14,058 nucleotides of DNA from Verrucomicrobiota bacterium (GCA_039798785.1 JBDKFG010000095.1:1-14058); one strand, 5' to 3'. Positions 1 through 7,902 are shown, counted from the first letter of the stretch. The notes: generated from the letters alone by a model not told the origin. A program made the numbers and translations.

Positions 1-112
1 CGCGCTCAGCATCGCTGAGGCGGATGCCGTTGATGAAGTGGTTGAACAGGTGCAGGCTGCCGAGTCTTGCGGCAGCTTCCATCAGGGTCGAGTCTGAGCT
101 CTTGTCGGTCAT
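1..112 (-). CDS. Hypothetical protein, 5' part only (runs off the left edge)
   Basis: Minus-strand ATG at 112 reads MTDKSSDSTLMEAAARLGSLHLFNHFINGIRLSDAER with no stop to the edge. GAGGAG Shine-Dalgarno about 7-8 nt upstream. Not in the ORF track because it is incomplete. Confidence 0.7.
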   Translation of the reverse strand, partial: MTDKSSDSTLMEAAARLGSLHLFNHFINGIRLSDAER

Positions 113-139
113 GAAGAATCTCCTCAGTCAGCCAACAAA

Positions 140-167
140 AGGCTATCGTCCATTCGCTTATTGTCAA
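140..167 (-). promoter_or_regulatory. Putative sigma70 promoter for the left-edge gene
   Basis: Minus strand TTGACA (167-162), 16-nt spacer, TAGCCT (145-140), placed just upstream of the SD and ATG. Confidence 0.55.
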
Positions 168-436
168 GAGGCGCTCAGGATTTACTTGCTTTTTTAAGCT
201 AAAAGAAGTCTGAGTTCGATAGCTCACATACAAGCGCCTTGCCAGAAGGCAACTGCGCGAGTCCTTCGGACAGCGCTTTCATTTCCCAGCGCCCGCCGGT
301 AGCATGCCGTCGACGAAGATCACTGGCTGCCTTCGCCGAGCTCCCGCCCCCAATGACTGAGACTAGATTCCTATGCTTTCATGACTGTATTTTGACAGCT
401 TCTTTATCTTATTGCTCACGTGAGTGCTGCAATGCC

Positions 437-464
437 TTGCAAGCCAAGGAAGCCGGGTTAAGTT
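437..464 (+). promoter_or_regulatory. Putative promoter of fusA
   Basis: TTGCAA (437-442), 16-nt spacer, TAAGTT (459-464). Followed by a 5'-leader hairpin CGGCCGG-AATTG-CCGGCCG (480-498). Confidence 0.35.
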
Positions 465-534
465 CCCGCGCTCTGCATCCGGCCGGAATTGCCGGCCGAG
501 CCCCTTTCCGCATAAAACAACCAAGGAACTCCAA

Positions 535-2661
535 ATGGCCAAGCTCGTCCTCGAGAATGTCAGAAACATCGGTATCTCCGCCCACATCGACTCGGGCAAG
601 ACCACTCTGACCGAACGCATCCTCTACTACACCGGCAAGATCCACGAGATCCATGAAGTCCGCGGCAAGGACGGCGTCGGCGCCACCATGGACTCGATGG
701 CCCTCGAAAAGGAGAAAGGCATCACCATCCAGTCGGCATGCACGCAGACTTCCTGGAAAGACTACGTCGGCCGTGAGCGCCTGATCAACATCATCGATAC
801 CCCCGGACACGTCGACTTCACCATCGAAGTCGAGCGCTCGCTCCGCGTGCTCGATGGCGCCATCCTCGTCCTCTGCGGCACCTCCGGCGTCCAGTCCCAG
901 TCGATCACCGTCGACCGCCAGATGCGCCGTTACAAGGTCCCTCGCGTCGCCTTCATCAACAAGCTCGACAACCCCGGTTCCGACGCCTACAAGGTTACTC
1001 AGCAGCTCCGCGACAAGCTCTACCACAACGCCATCATGTTCCAGGTCCCCATCGGCCGTGAATCGGAACTCAAGGGCGTGGTCGACCTGATCGAAGAGAA
1101 GGCCTACTACTTCGAAGGCGAAAAAGGCAGCACCGTCGTCGAGAAGGAAGTGCCCGCCGAGATGAAGGCCCATGTCGCCGAATACCGCGACAAGATGATC
1201 GACGCGCTCACCAACTTCTCAGACGAGATGGCCGAGCTCTACCTCGAAGGCAAGGACATCCCCAAGGAGCTGATCTACGCCGCCGGCCGCAAAGGCACCA
1301 TCGAAATGAACCTCACCCCCGTCTTCATGGGCAGCGCCTACCGCAACGTCGGCGTCCAGAAGCTCCTCGACGGCGTCTCCTACTTCCTCCCCTGCCCCAC
1401 CGACGTCAAGAACATCGCTCTCGACATCGACAACAACGAGAAAGAGATCGAAATGATCTCCGACGACTCGAAGCCCTTCGTCGGCTACGTCTTCAAGCTC
1501 GAAGACGGCAAATACGGCCAGCTCTCCTACATGCGCGTCTACCAAGGCCACATCAAGAAGGGCGACACCATGTACAACATGAGCACCACCAAGAAGCACT
1601 CGGTCGGCCGCCTCATGCGCATGCACTCCAACAAGCAGGAAGACATCGAATACGCCGGCTCCGGCGACATCGTCGCGGTCTTCGGCATCGACTGCTCCAC
1701 CGGTACCACCTTCACCGACGGCAGCCAGCGCATCAACATGACCTCGATGCACGTCCCCAAGGCGGTCATCGACATGAAGATCGACCTCAAGGACCGCAAG
1801 AACGCCCAGAACCTCTCCAAGGCTCTGAACCGCTTCACCAAGGAAGACCCCACCTTCCGCGTCCGCGTCGACGAAGAATCCGGCGAGACCATCATCTCCG
1901 GCATGGGCGAACTCCACCTCGAGATCTACGTCGAGCGCATGAAGCGTGAATACAACGTCGAGCTCGAAGTCGGCCAGCCCCAGGTCGCCTACCGCGAATC
2001 GATCTCGCAGAACGTCGACTTCGACTACTCGCACAAGAAGCAGACCGGCGGCCGCGGTCAGTACGCGAAAGTCGTCGGCCGCATGGAAGTGATCACCGAA
2101 GCCGACGCCACCGAAGAGCCCTACCTCTTCGTCTCCGAAGTCTCCGGCGGCTCCATCCCGAAAGAATTCATCCCCGCCGTCGACAAGGGCTTCCAGTCCT
2201 GCATGGCCGAAGGCCGCCTCATCGGCTTCCCGGTCACCGGCGTCAAGTGCGTCCTCGTCGAAGGTGCTTTCCACGCCGTCGACTCGGACGAACTCTCCTT
2301 CCGCCTCGCCGCCCGCGGCGCCTTCCGCCAGGCCTACGACAAGGCGAAACCCGCCATCCTCGAGCCGATCATGAAGGTCGCCATCGAAACCCCGACCGAG
2401 TTCCAGGGCACCATCATGGGCAACCTGAACTCCCGCCGCGGCGTCATCACCGGCACCCACGAAGAGTACGGCTTCTGCCGCGTCAGCGCCGAAGTCCCCC
2501 TCTCCGAAATGTTCGGCTACGTCGGCGAACTCCGCTCGATGTCGCAAGGCAAGGCTGAGTACTCGATGGAATTCTGCAAGTACTCCGAAGTCCCCCGCAA
2601 CATTCACGCCGAACTGGTGAAGAAGTTCGCCGGCAAGCGCAAGATGAAAGACGACGAGTAA
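535..2661 (+). CDS. fusA: Elongation factor G, spdEFG1/mtEFG1-like subtype, 708 aa
   Basis: Motifs [73 protein letters not shown]. The true start is probably ATG 535 (AAGGA SD upstream), not 424. Strong C-ending codon bias. Confidence 0.97.
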   Translation: MAKLVLENVRNIGISAHIDSGKTTLTERILYYTGKIHEIHEVRGKDGVGATMDSMALEKEKGITIQSACTQTSWKDYVGRERLINIIDTPGHVDFTIEVERSLRVLDGAILVLCGTSGVQSQSITVDRQMRRYKVPRVAFINKLDNPGSDAYKVTQQLRDKLYHNAIMFQVPIGRESELKGVVDLIEEKAYYFEGEKGSTVVEKEVPAEMKAHVAEYRDKMIDALTNFSDEMAELYLEGKDIPKELIYAAGRKGTIEMNLTPVFMGSAYRNVGVQKLLDGVSYFLPCPTDVKNIALDIDNNEKEIEMISDDSKPFVGYVFKLEDGKYGQLSYMRVYQGHIKKGDTMYNMSTTKKHSVGRLMRMHSNKQEDIEYAGSGDIVAVFGIDCSTGTTFTDGSQRINMTSMHVPKAVIDMKIDLKDRKNAQNLSKALNRFTKEDPTFRVRVDEESGETIISGMGELHLEIYVERMKREYNVELEVGQPQVAYRESISQNVDFDYSHKKQTGGRGQYAKVVGRMEVITEADATEEPYLFVSEVSGGSIPKEFIPAVDKGFQSCMAEGRLIGFPVTGVKCVLVEGAFHAVDSDELSFRLAARGAFRQAYDKAKPAILEPIMKVAIETPTEFQGTIMGNLNSRRGVITGTHEEYGFCRVSAEVPLSEMFGYVGELRSMSQGKAEYSMEFCKYSEVPRNIHAELVKKFAGKRKMKDDE

Positions 2662-2688
2662 TCCTCGTCATCTGCGATCTTCGCAAAG

Positions 2689-2719
2689 AAACCGCTCCCG
2701 GTCCCGGGGGCGGTTTTTT
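2689..2719 (+). terminator. Intrinsic terminator after fusA
   Basis: Stem AAACCGCTCCCG / CGGGGGCGGTTT with a GTCC loop and one G-U pair, T6 tract at 2714-2719. Confidence 0.85.
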
Positions 2720-2919
2720 CGGTGCGCCAGGCATGGGGGAGACCCTCGGAAGGATAAGCATCTTACCCGGGAGAGCAGATCGACACTCACCTCTAAAGTG
2801 TGGAGGAGGCGCCTGGGAAGTCAGCCGAGGCGTCGAGGCTGGAGTTCCGCCCCCGGGACGAAGTGCCGAACTTAGAGGAGAAGATTCAACCTAAAAACCG
2901 CAGTAGAGCAGCGGAACCG

Positions 2920-3187
2920 GGTTGAAAGGTTGAAAGGTTGAAACGCAAACAATTGAACAAGAATAACCTCGAGAGTCACGAGTTCTGCATTTTGAGCTCA
3001 AGTTTGTAGCTCCTGCTTCAGCCGGCCCGTTCTACTGTCCCCGGCTTTTGAGCGCAACAACCGGCTGAAGCCGGGGCAGAAAGACTTGAGGGTCCTGAAC
3101 TTTGCCAAGAGTCCTTCGGATATCATAACCTATTTCTGTTGTAGCTAAATCTTACAACCTTTGAACCTTCCAATCCAACCTTTCAAC
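2920..3187. repeat. Nested inverted-repeat structure: (GGTTGAAA)x3 and degenerate (TTTCAACC)n enclosing a REP-like doublet
   Basis: Three exact GGTTGAAA units at 2920-2943. Complementary degenerate units TTACAACC-TTTGAACC-TTCCAATC-CAACC-TTTCAAC at 3152-3187. Inner ~30-bp inverted repeat at 2997-3025 / 3061-3090. Confidence 0.8.
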
Positions 3188-3421
3188 AAGCTGAAGGAAT
3201 GGAAGCGCTCTTACACGATCGCCCGCGACCTGATGGCGCAGGGGGGGGGCGCCGCAAGGCTCTCCTTTTACTCGATTCCGGGGGCGCCGTGTACCAGTTG
3301 TCCCTGCGCTCGCTCTGCTTCATGGGTCCTTCGTTGTCGACCAATTGTGCCACTGTTCACCTTGCAAGCCGGCTTCTCGGCTGCAATTTAGCGGCCGTCA
3401 CAACCCCCCAGGTCCACCCAC

Positions 3422-3877
3422 ATGAAAATCCTCTTCGTCTGCAGCGGCAACTCCTGCCGCAGTCCCATGGCCGCCGCCTATTTCAACCACCTCTGCCGCG
3501 TCAACGGCATCGTCGGCGTCAGCGCCAGCTCCGCAGGCACTTCGGCGGAAGAGGGGCGCCCGGCCTCCGCCGGCGCCTGCGGCGTCATGGATGCACTTGG
3601 CCTCAGTCTCAAGGATCATTGTTCGCGCCACCTCAGCGCCGAGCTCCTCGCCGAGTCGGATTACGTCTATGTGATGACGGCCAACCACCTCAAGACCCTG
3701 CAGAAGGAGCACAAGAGCGAAGCCGGCAAGGCCAAGCTGCTGATGTCGCTGACCCCGGTCGCCGAGGACGTCGCCGATCCCTACGGAGGCGACGCCGATG
3801 ATTACACCGCCTGCTTCCTGTCGATGATCCCCGCTCTCGCCGAGCTGGCTGACCGCATTATCCGTTCCCGCGGCTGA
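3422..3877 (+). CDS. Low-molecular-weight protein phosphatase (LMWPc fold; Arg or Tyr phosphatase)
   Basis: N-terminal MKILFVCSGNSCRSPMA (CX5R P-loop), SAGT, and the general-acid DPYGG motif. 151 aa. Confidence 0.92.
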   Translation: MKILFVCSGNSCRSPMAAAYFNHLCRVNGIVGVSASSAGTSAEEGRPASAGACGVMDALGLSLKDHCSRHLSAELLAESDYVYVMTANHLKTLQKEHKSEAGKAKLLMSLTPVAEDVADPYGGDADDYTACFLSMIPALAELADRIIRSRG

Positions 3878-3884
3878 TCCCGCC

Positions 3885-5762
3885 GTGCTCGGGCGATTCC
3901 TGATCCGCCTTCTCACCGCCGTCGGCACCGGCGTGGCGCTTCATCTCGCCCTCTCCGCCTGGCTTGCCAAGGGGCGTAGCGCTCCGGTCTTGGAAGTGGC
4001 GGAGACCGCCGCCAAGGCGGAGGAGGAGACGCTGCCTCTGCCGCCCTTGGGCGAAATGGGCGTCGCCGACATCCGCAGCGGCTCAGCCTTTTTCCGCCGC
4101 GCCGCTCTCGAATGGACCCGACGACGTCCGCGAGAAACCGCCCTCTGGGCTGGCGGCTTGCAGGATCCCGAGCTGCGCAGCTCGGCTCTCAGCGTCATCA
4201 TGAACGCCTGGTCGAGCCATAATCTCGAAGCTGCTTTGCACTGGAGTGACCAGCTGCCGCCCGACGAGGTTGAGCCCTACCTGCCGGTCTGCGACCGTCT
4301 CCGTCTCGTCTCCCATCCCCGCGCCCTGGCCTGGGCCGAGGACCGCAAGTCGCCCCAAGTCCGGCGCTTCCTGGTCGACCGAGTCCTGAGCGCCTGGAGC
4401 GCTTTCGACGGCCTTGCCGCCGCCGAGACCTGCCTCAAGCATCCCGACCAGGAAGAGCGCGTCCGCCGCATGCAGCTGACCATTCAGCGCTGGTTCCGTC
4501 GAGCTCCCGGCAGCGCGCTCCGCTGGATGTCCGATCCCTCACGTCAGCAGGGCGAGATGCTCCACTCCTGCTTCTACGCATGGTGCCAGGGCGAGCCCGA
4601 GGCCGCCCGCCATTGGCTTGAGTCCTCCTGGGTCAGTCTTCCCGCCCCTTTCCTCGCCTTCGCCGCCGCCAGTCTTGCCGAAAAAGCGCCGCATAGCCTG
4701 GAGAAAAGCCTGCAGGACCTGGAAGGGGAATGGCGGATTCAGGCCTGCGCCGCCCTGGCCGTCCACCACAGCCGCAAGGACATGAACAAGGCGAGGAGTT
4801 TCCTGGGCCGTATTCCGGAAAGCCGCCGTGTCGAGTTCGAGAAGAGCCTCATCGGCGGACTTGCCAGCTCTGAGCCCTCGCGCCTCGCCGCCGCCGCCCG
4901 CACTTGTCACATCTTCTCTCCCGAGCTTCCCGAGATCAGTCGTGCCTGGTCCAAGCTCGCGCCGAAAGATTGCTTCAACTGGCTCAAGGAGCTGAGCCTG
5001 GCCAGTCGCTTGAAGAAAGCCGTCGCCCAGCGCCGCCCGGGGCTCGGTGAGGAGGCGCTCGCCGTCCTGGCGCAACGACTCGCTTCGTTGCTCGACCTCA
5101 CGCCTCTCCCCCCCGCCGGCAATGCCGATCCCGAAGCGGCGAAATTCTGCGAAGAGCTCGCCGCCCAGGCTCACGCGGTGATGGAACCTTGCTGGCGCGC
5201 CTGCGCCAGAAACTGGGCGTCAAGCTCCGATCCCGACGCCGCTGCCGCGGCCTTCTCGATTCCTTCGCCCCCGGCCAAGTACGCCTTCATCCAAGGCCTC
5301 CTTGATGCGCCTCTGCCTGCCGATCTGAGCACCTTGCAGCAGGCCATCCTGTCGCTCCCCGATAACCTCCGTATCCCCCTCGCCCGCCGCCTCGCCCTCG
5401 CCAGCCCCCCCGGCGACTTCCGCTTCTCTCTCGACTTCGCCGAACAGGCCGGCTTGCTCGATGCCAATTCGCTCGCCCTCCTGCTCTGCCGCGTCCCCCT
5501 CGATGCCGCCTGGAGCGAAATCGCCGCCCGCGCCTGGCCGCTCCACCTCCAGTCGGCCTGCCGCGCCGCTGTCCTCGGCGCTGCACAGGACAGCGCCGCC
5601 GCCGCCCGCCTCGCCGATGCTTTGCCGCCGGAACAGCGCCTCCAGTCCATCGCCGCCATCGCCGCCGGCCTCCCCGAAAACAGCCGCAGCGCCTGGATCG
5701 CCTCCCGCCCCGAGGCCGAACGCCCGGCCCTCCGCGAAGCCCTCGAAACTCTCAAGAAGTAA
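3885..5762 (+). CDS. Hypothetical membrane-anchored/exported helical-repeat protein, 625 aa
   Basis: GTG start 7 nt after the phosphatase stop. Hydrophobic N-terminus. Recurrent W-x3-P-x2-A-x2-W-like units (WTRRRPRETALW, WFRRAPGSALRW, WCQGEPEAARHW, WSKLAPKDCFNW). Fills the gap up to purH. Confidence 0.75.
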   Translation: MLGRFLIRLLTAVGTGVALHLALSAWLAKGRSAPVLEVAETAAKAEEETLPLPPLGEMGVADIRSGSAFFRRAALEWTRRRPRETALWAGGLQDPELRSSALSVIMNAWSSHNLEAALHWSDQLPPDEVEPYLPVCDRLRLVSHPRALAWAEDRKSPQVRRFLVDRVLSAWSAFDGLAAAETCLKHPDQEERVRRMQLTIQRWFRRAPGSALRWMSDPSRQQGEMLHSCFYAWCQGEPEAARHWLESSWVSLPAPFLAFAAASLAEKAPHSLEKSLQDLEGEWRIQACAALAVHHSRKDMNKARSFLGRIPESRRVEFEKSLIGGLASSEPSRLAAAARTCHIFSPELPEISRAWSKLAPKDCFNWLKELSLASRLKKAVAQRRPGLGEEALAVLAQRLASLLDLTPLPPAGNADPEAAKFCEELAAQAHAVMEPCWRACARNWASSSDPDAAAAAFSIPSPPAKYAFIQGLLDAPLPADLSTLQQAILSLPDNLRIPLARRLALASPPGDFRFSLDFAEQAGLLDANSLALLLCRVPLDAAWSEIAARAWPLHLQSACRAAVLGAAQDSAAAARLADALPPEQRLQSIAAIAAGLPENSRSAWIASRPEAERPALREALETLKK

Positions 5763-5786
5763 ACCCGAAAAAACCTAGGAACTCCC

Positions 5787-6896
5787 ATGTCGAACGCCCC
5801 CATCAGCCGCTCCTCCTACCTCAACCGCAATGTCGGCGACTACCCCGCCGACATGGTCATCGGCAACCTCACCTACAAAAAGGTCGACGACCTGCGCTAC
5901 GGCACCAACCCGCACCAGACCGCCGCCTTCTACAAACCCGAAGGCCTCTCCTGCCCGGTCGGCGACATGGTCATCCTCAAAAACGGCAAGTCCGGCCTCT
6001 CCCAGACCAACCTCGAAGACATCTCCTACGCCCTCAACATCGTCAAGTTCTTCGACCACCCCGCCTGCGCCGTGATGAAACACGTCAACCCCTCCGGCGT
6101 CGGCTTCAAGGCCACCGCCAAGGACGCCTACATCGCCGCCCGCGACGCCGACCCGCGCGCCGCCTTCGGCTCCACCGTCTGCTTCAACGTCGAAGTCGAT
6201 GAAGCCGCCGCCAAGGAGATCATGACCTCCTTCGTCGAATGCGTCGTCGCCCCCAAGGTCTCCGCCGCCGCCCTCGCCGTCTTCAACGACCCCGACGCCA
6301 AGATGAACAAGGCGGTCCGCGTCCTCCAGTGCGGCGACATCAAGCAGCTCCCCCGCTTCACCGGTGAAGCCCAGCCCCACCACGCCACCTACAAGACCCT
6401 CGCCGACGGCTCGATCGTCGTCGCCGACCCCCTCACCACCGCCCTCCGCTCCGTCGACCAGCTCCGCCCCGCCTCCGGCGAATCCAAGGCCCTCGGCACC
6501 GTCACCAGCGCCCACACCGCTTCGGAACAGCAGAAGAAGGACCTCCTCGCCGCCTGGTACATCAACCTCAACGTCCGCTCCAACGGCGTCGTCCTGGTCA
6601 AGAACGGCGTCACCATCTCGGTCGGCACCGGCGAACAGGACCGCGTCGGCGCCATCGAACAGGCGATCGAGAAGTTCAAGGTCAAATACGAAGGCGACGA
6701 AGACATCCAGGGCTCGGTGATGGCCTCCGACGGCTTCTTCCCCTTCGCCGACGGCGTCGAAGTCGCCGCCAAGGCCGGCGTCACCGCGATCATCTCCCCC
6801 GCCGGCTCCCTCAAGGACGCCGACGTCGTCGCCCGCGCCAACGAACTCGGCGTCGCCCTCTACCACGCCCCCGAACGCATCTTCTCCCACCACTGA
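5787..6896 (+). CDS. purH: AICAR transformylase (C-terminal PurH domain only), 369 aa
   Basis: Motifs LRYGTNPHQTAAFY, KHVNPSG (catalytic Lys-His), DPRAAFGS, RSNGVV, ASDGFFPFADG, PAGSLKD, ERIFSH. AGGA SD. The N-terminal MGS-like IMP cyclohydrolase domain is absent. Confidence 0.9.
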   Translation: MSNAPISRSSYLNRNVGDYPADMVIGNLTYKKVDDLRYGTNPHQTAAFYKPEGLSCPVGDMVILKNGKSGLSQTNLEDISYALNIVKFFDHPACAVMKHVNPSGVGFKATAKDAYIAARDADPRAAFGSTVCFNVEVDEAAAKEIMTSFVECVVAPKVSAAALAVFNDPDAKMNKAVRVLQCGDIKQLPRFTGEAQPHHATYKTLADGSIVVADPLTTALRSVDQLRPASGESKALGTVTSAHTASEQQKKDLLAAWYINLNVRSNGVVLVKNGVTISVGTGEQDRVGAIEQAIEKFKVKYEGDEDIQGSVMASDGFFPFADGVEVAAKAGVTAIISPAGSLKDADVVARANELGVALYHAPERIFSHH

Positions 6897-6903
6897 GCCA
6901 ACG

Positions 6904-6938
6904 TGGCTCCCTGGGGGCGCGGCAGCCCTCTGCCGCTT
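6904..6938. repeat. REP-like palindrome, copy 1 (inverted relative to copies at 7598 and 7796)
   Basis: TGGCTCCCTGGGGGCGCGGCAGCCCTCTGCCGCTT. Internal hairpin GCGGCAG-CCCT-CTGCCGC. Near-exact reverse complement of 7597-7630. Confidence 0.85.
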
Positions 6939-6942
6939 CGCT

Positions 6943-6973
6943 GCGGCTCGATCCTCACGGTCGAGCCGCTTTT
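6943..6973 (+). terminator. Probable intrinsic terminator after purH
   Basis: GCGGCTCGATC-CTCAC-GGTCGAGCCGC followed by TTTT. Confidence 0.6.
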
Positions 6974-6975
6974 GT

Positions 6976-7557
6976 CAAGGCCGTCAGGAAGTTCTTGCCT
7001 ACCTGCTGGCTTCCGGGGTCAAGGTCGACGCACCCGACAAGCGGGGCGATCAGGCGATTCATCGGGTCCTTGATCAATATTTCGGCTTTGAAACTCGCCA
7101 CCTTGAATGCTGTCGGTTCCTGCTCGAGCAGGGAGCCAAGATCGATGCGCGCGGAAACTTCGGCTACCAGCCGATCCATGTCGCGGCCTTTAGCGGCCGT
7201 CTGGCTCCGGTCAAGCTCCTGCTCGAGAAAGGCGCAAAAACTGACGATGCAGACGCCTTTGATCGCCACCCCTTGCAACTCGCCGTTTTTGGCTACGATC
7301 GCGGCGATACATCCGATCGTCTCGCCAGCATCCGCTTCCTGCTCGATTCCGGCATTGACGCCGCCAGTGACAGAGGGCAAAGAGCACTTCACGCCGCCGC
7401 CTTCAACGGCTTCGAAGAGGCCTTGAAACTCCTCATCTCGCGCGGCGCCAAGCTCGATGCCGAATGTCTGAAACTGGCCAAGACTCCGCATTATTCGCCC
7501 CGCGCAAGCCCCGAACTGGTGAAATGGATCGAAGGGCAATTGGAATCTCAGTGCTGA
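6976..7557 (+). pseudogene. 5'-truncated ankyrin-repeat gene (about 4-5 repeats)
   Basis: The frame of ORF 7273-7557 stays open upstream and reads QGRQEVLAYLLASGVKVDAPDKRGDQAIH...RFLLEQGAKIDARGNFGYQPIHVAAFSGRLAPVKLLLEKGAK...ALHAAAFNGFEEALKLLISRGAK. No ATG/GTG/TTG precedes the ankyrin-like part. Confidence 0.75.
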
Positions 7558-7575
7558 AGCCAGCGACTGCTGCAT

Positions 7576-7840
7576 TCGCATCCACTCGCCGCCAACAAGC
7601 GGCAGAGGGCTGCCGCGCTCCCAGGAGCCATCAAGCCCCCGCGTCAATCCGGTCCATCTCGTCAATGAAGTCCCCTCTTGCCTGCGCTTTCCGCAAGTCC
7701 TGGCGGCTTCAGGCCAATGGACCTCATTGACAGGATTGACCTGATGAACTGGAATCCCTTTGCAAGCCTGTCGCTCGCGTCCGCTCGCCGCCAACCAGCG
7801 GCAGGGGACTGCCGCGTTCCCAGGGCCATCAAGCCCCCGC
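7576..7840. repeat. Two ~66-bp direct repeats (7576-7642, 7775-7840) containing the REP-like palindrome and enclosing a 9-nt-periodic inverted repeat
   Basis: Shared text TCGC(A/G)TCC(A/G)CTCGCCGCCAAC(A/C)AGCGGCAG...CTGCCGCG(C/T)TCCCAGG(A)GCCATCAAGCCCCCGC. Between the copies, GTCAATnnn-type units at 7643-7673 and their complement at 7719-7749. Confidence 0.85.
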
Positions 7841-7852
7841 TCGCGCCCGGGC

Positions 7853-7902
7853 TTGACCTCTATCTTCAACATACTATTTTGAAAATAAATTTTTCAAAAT
7901 AG
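7853..7902 (+). promoter_or_regulatory. Putative promoter with overlapping palindromic operator upstream of the ATPase
   Basis: TTGACC (7853-7858), 16-nt spacer, TATTTT (7875-7880). Perfect 12-bp arms CTATTTTGAAAA-TAAAT-TTTTCAAAATAG (7874-7902). Confidence 0.6.

Noticed and set aside
230..370. Possible structured RNA or ORF 239-610 in the divergent intergenic region
   Set aside because: Only short 4-6 bp stems, which are expected by chance in GC-rich DNA. The ORF overlaps fusA out of frame.
424..534. N-terminal extension of EF-G in the ORF track (likewise 9820-9903 for GcvP)
   Set aside because: Family similarity, codon bias and SD sequences point to ATG 535 and ATG 9904.
2653..2685. Two small hairpins at the fusA stop (GACGAG-TAATC-CTCGTC and TGCGA-TCT-TCGCA)
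   Set aside because: The 5-6 bp stems are too short to assign a function, and the downstream terminator explains the 3' end.
3161..3391. 76-aa ORF, plus a G9 run and hairpin at 3241-3269
   Set aside because: It starts inside the octamer repeat and has no SD or motif. KLKEWKRSYTIARDLMAQ could be a gene fragment, but this cannot be supported.
6721..6975. Open +1 frame joining the purH 3' end to the ankyrin frame (possible programmed frameshift fusion)
   Set aside because: No slippery site at CAC-CAC-TGA, a terminator-like hairpin intervenes, and open alternative frames are expected with this codon bias.
7576..7840. CRISPR array
   Set aside because: Only two ~66-bp copies with a 132-nt structured spacer, and no cas genes.
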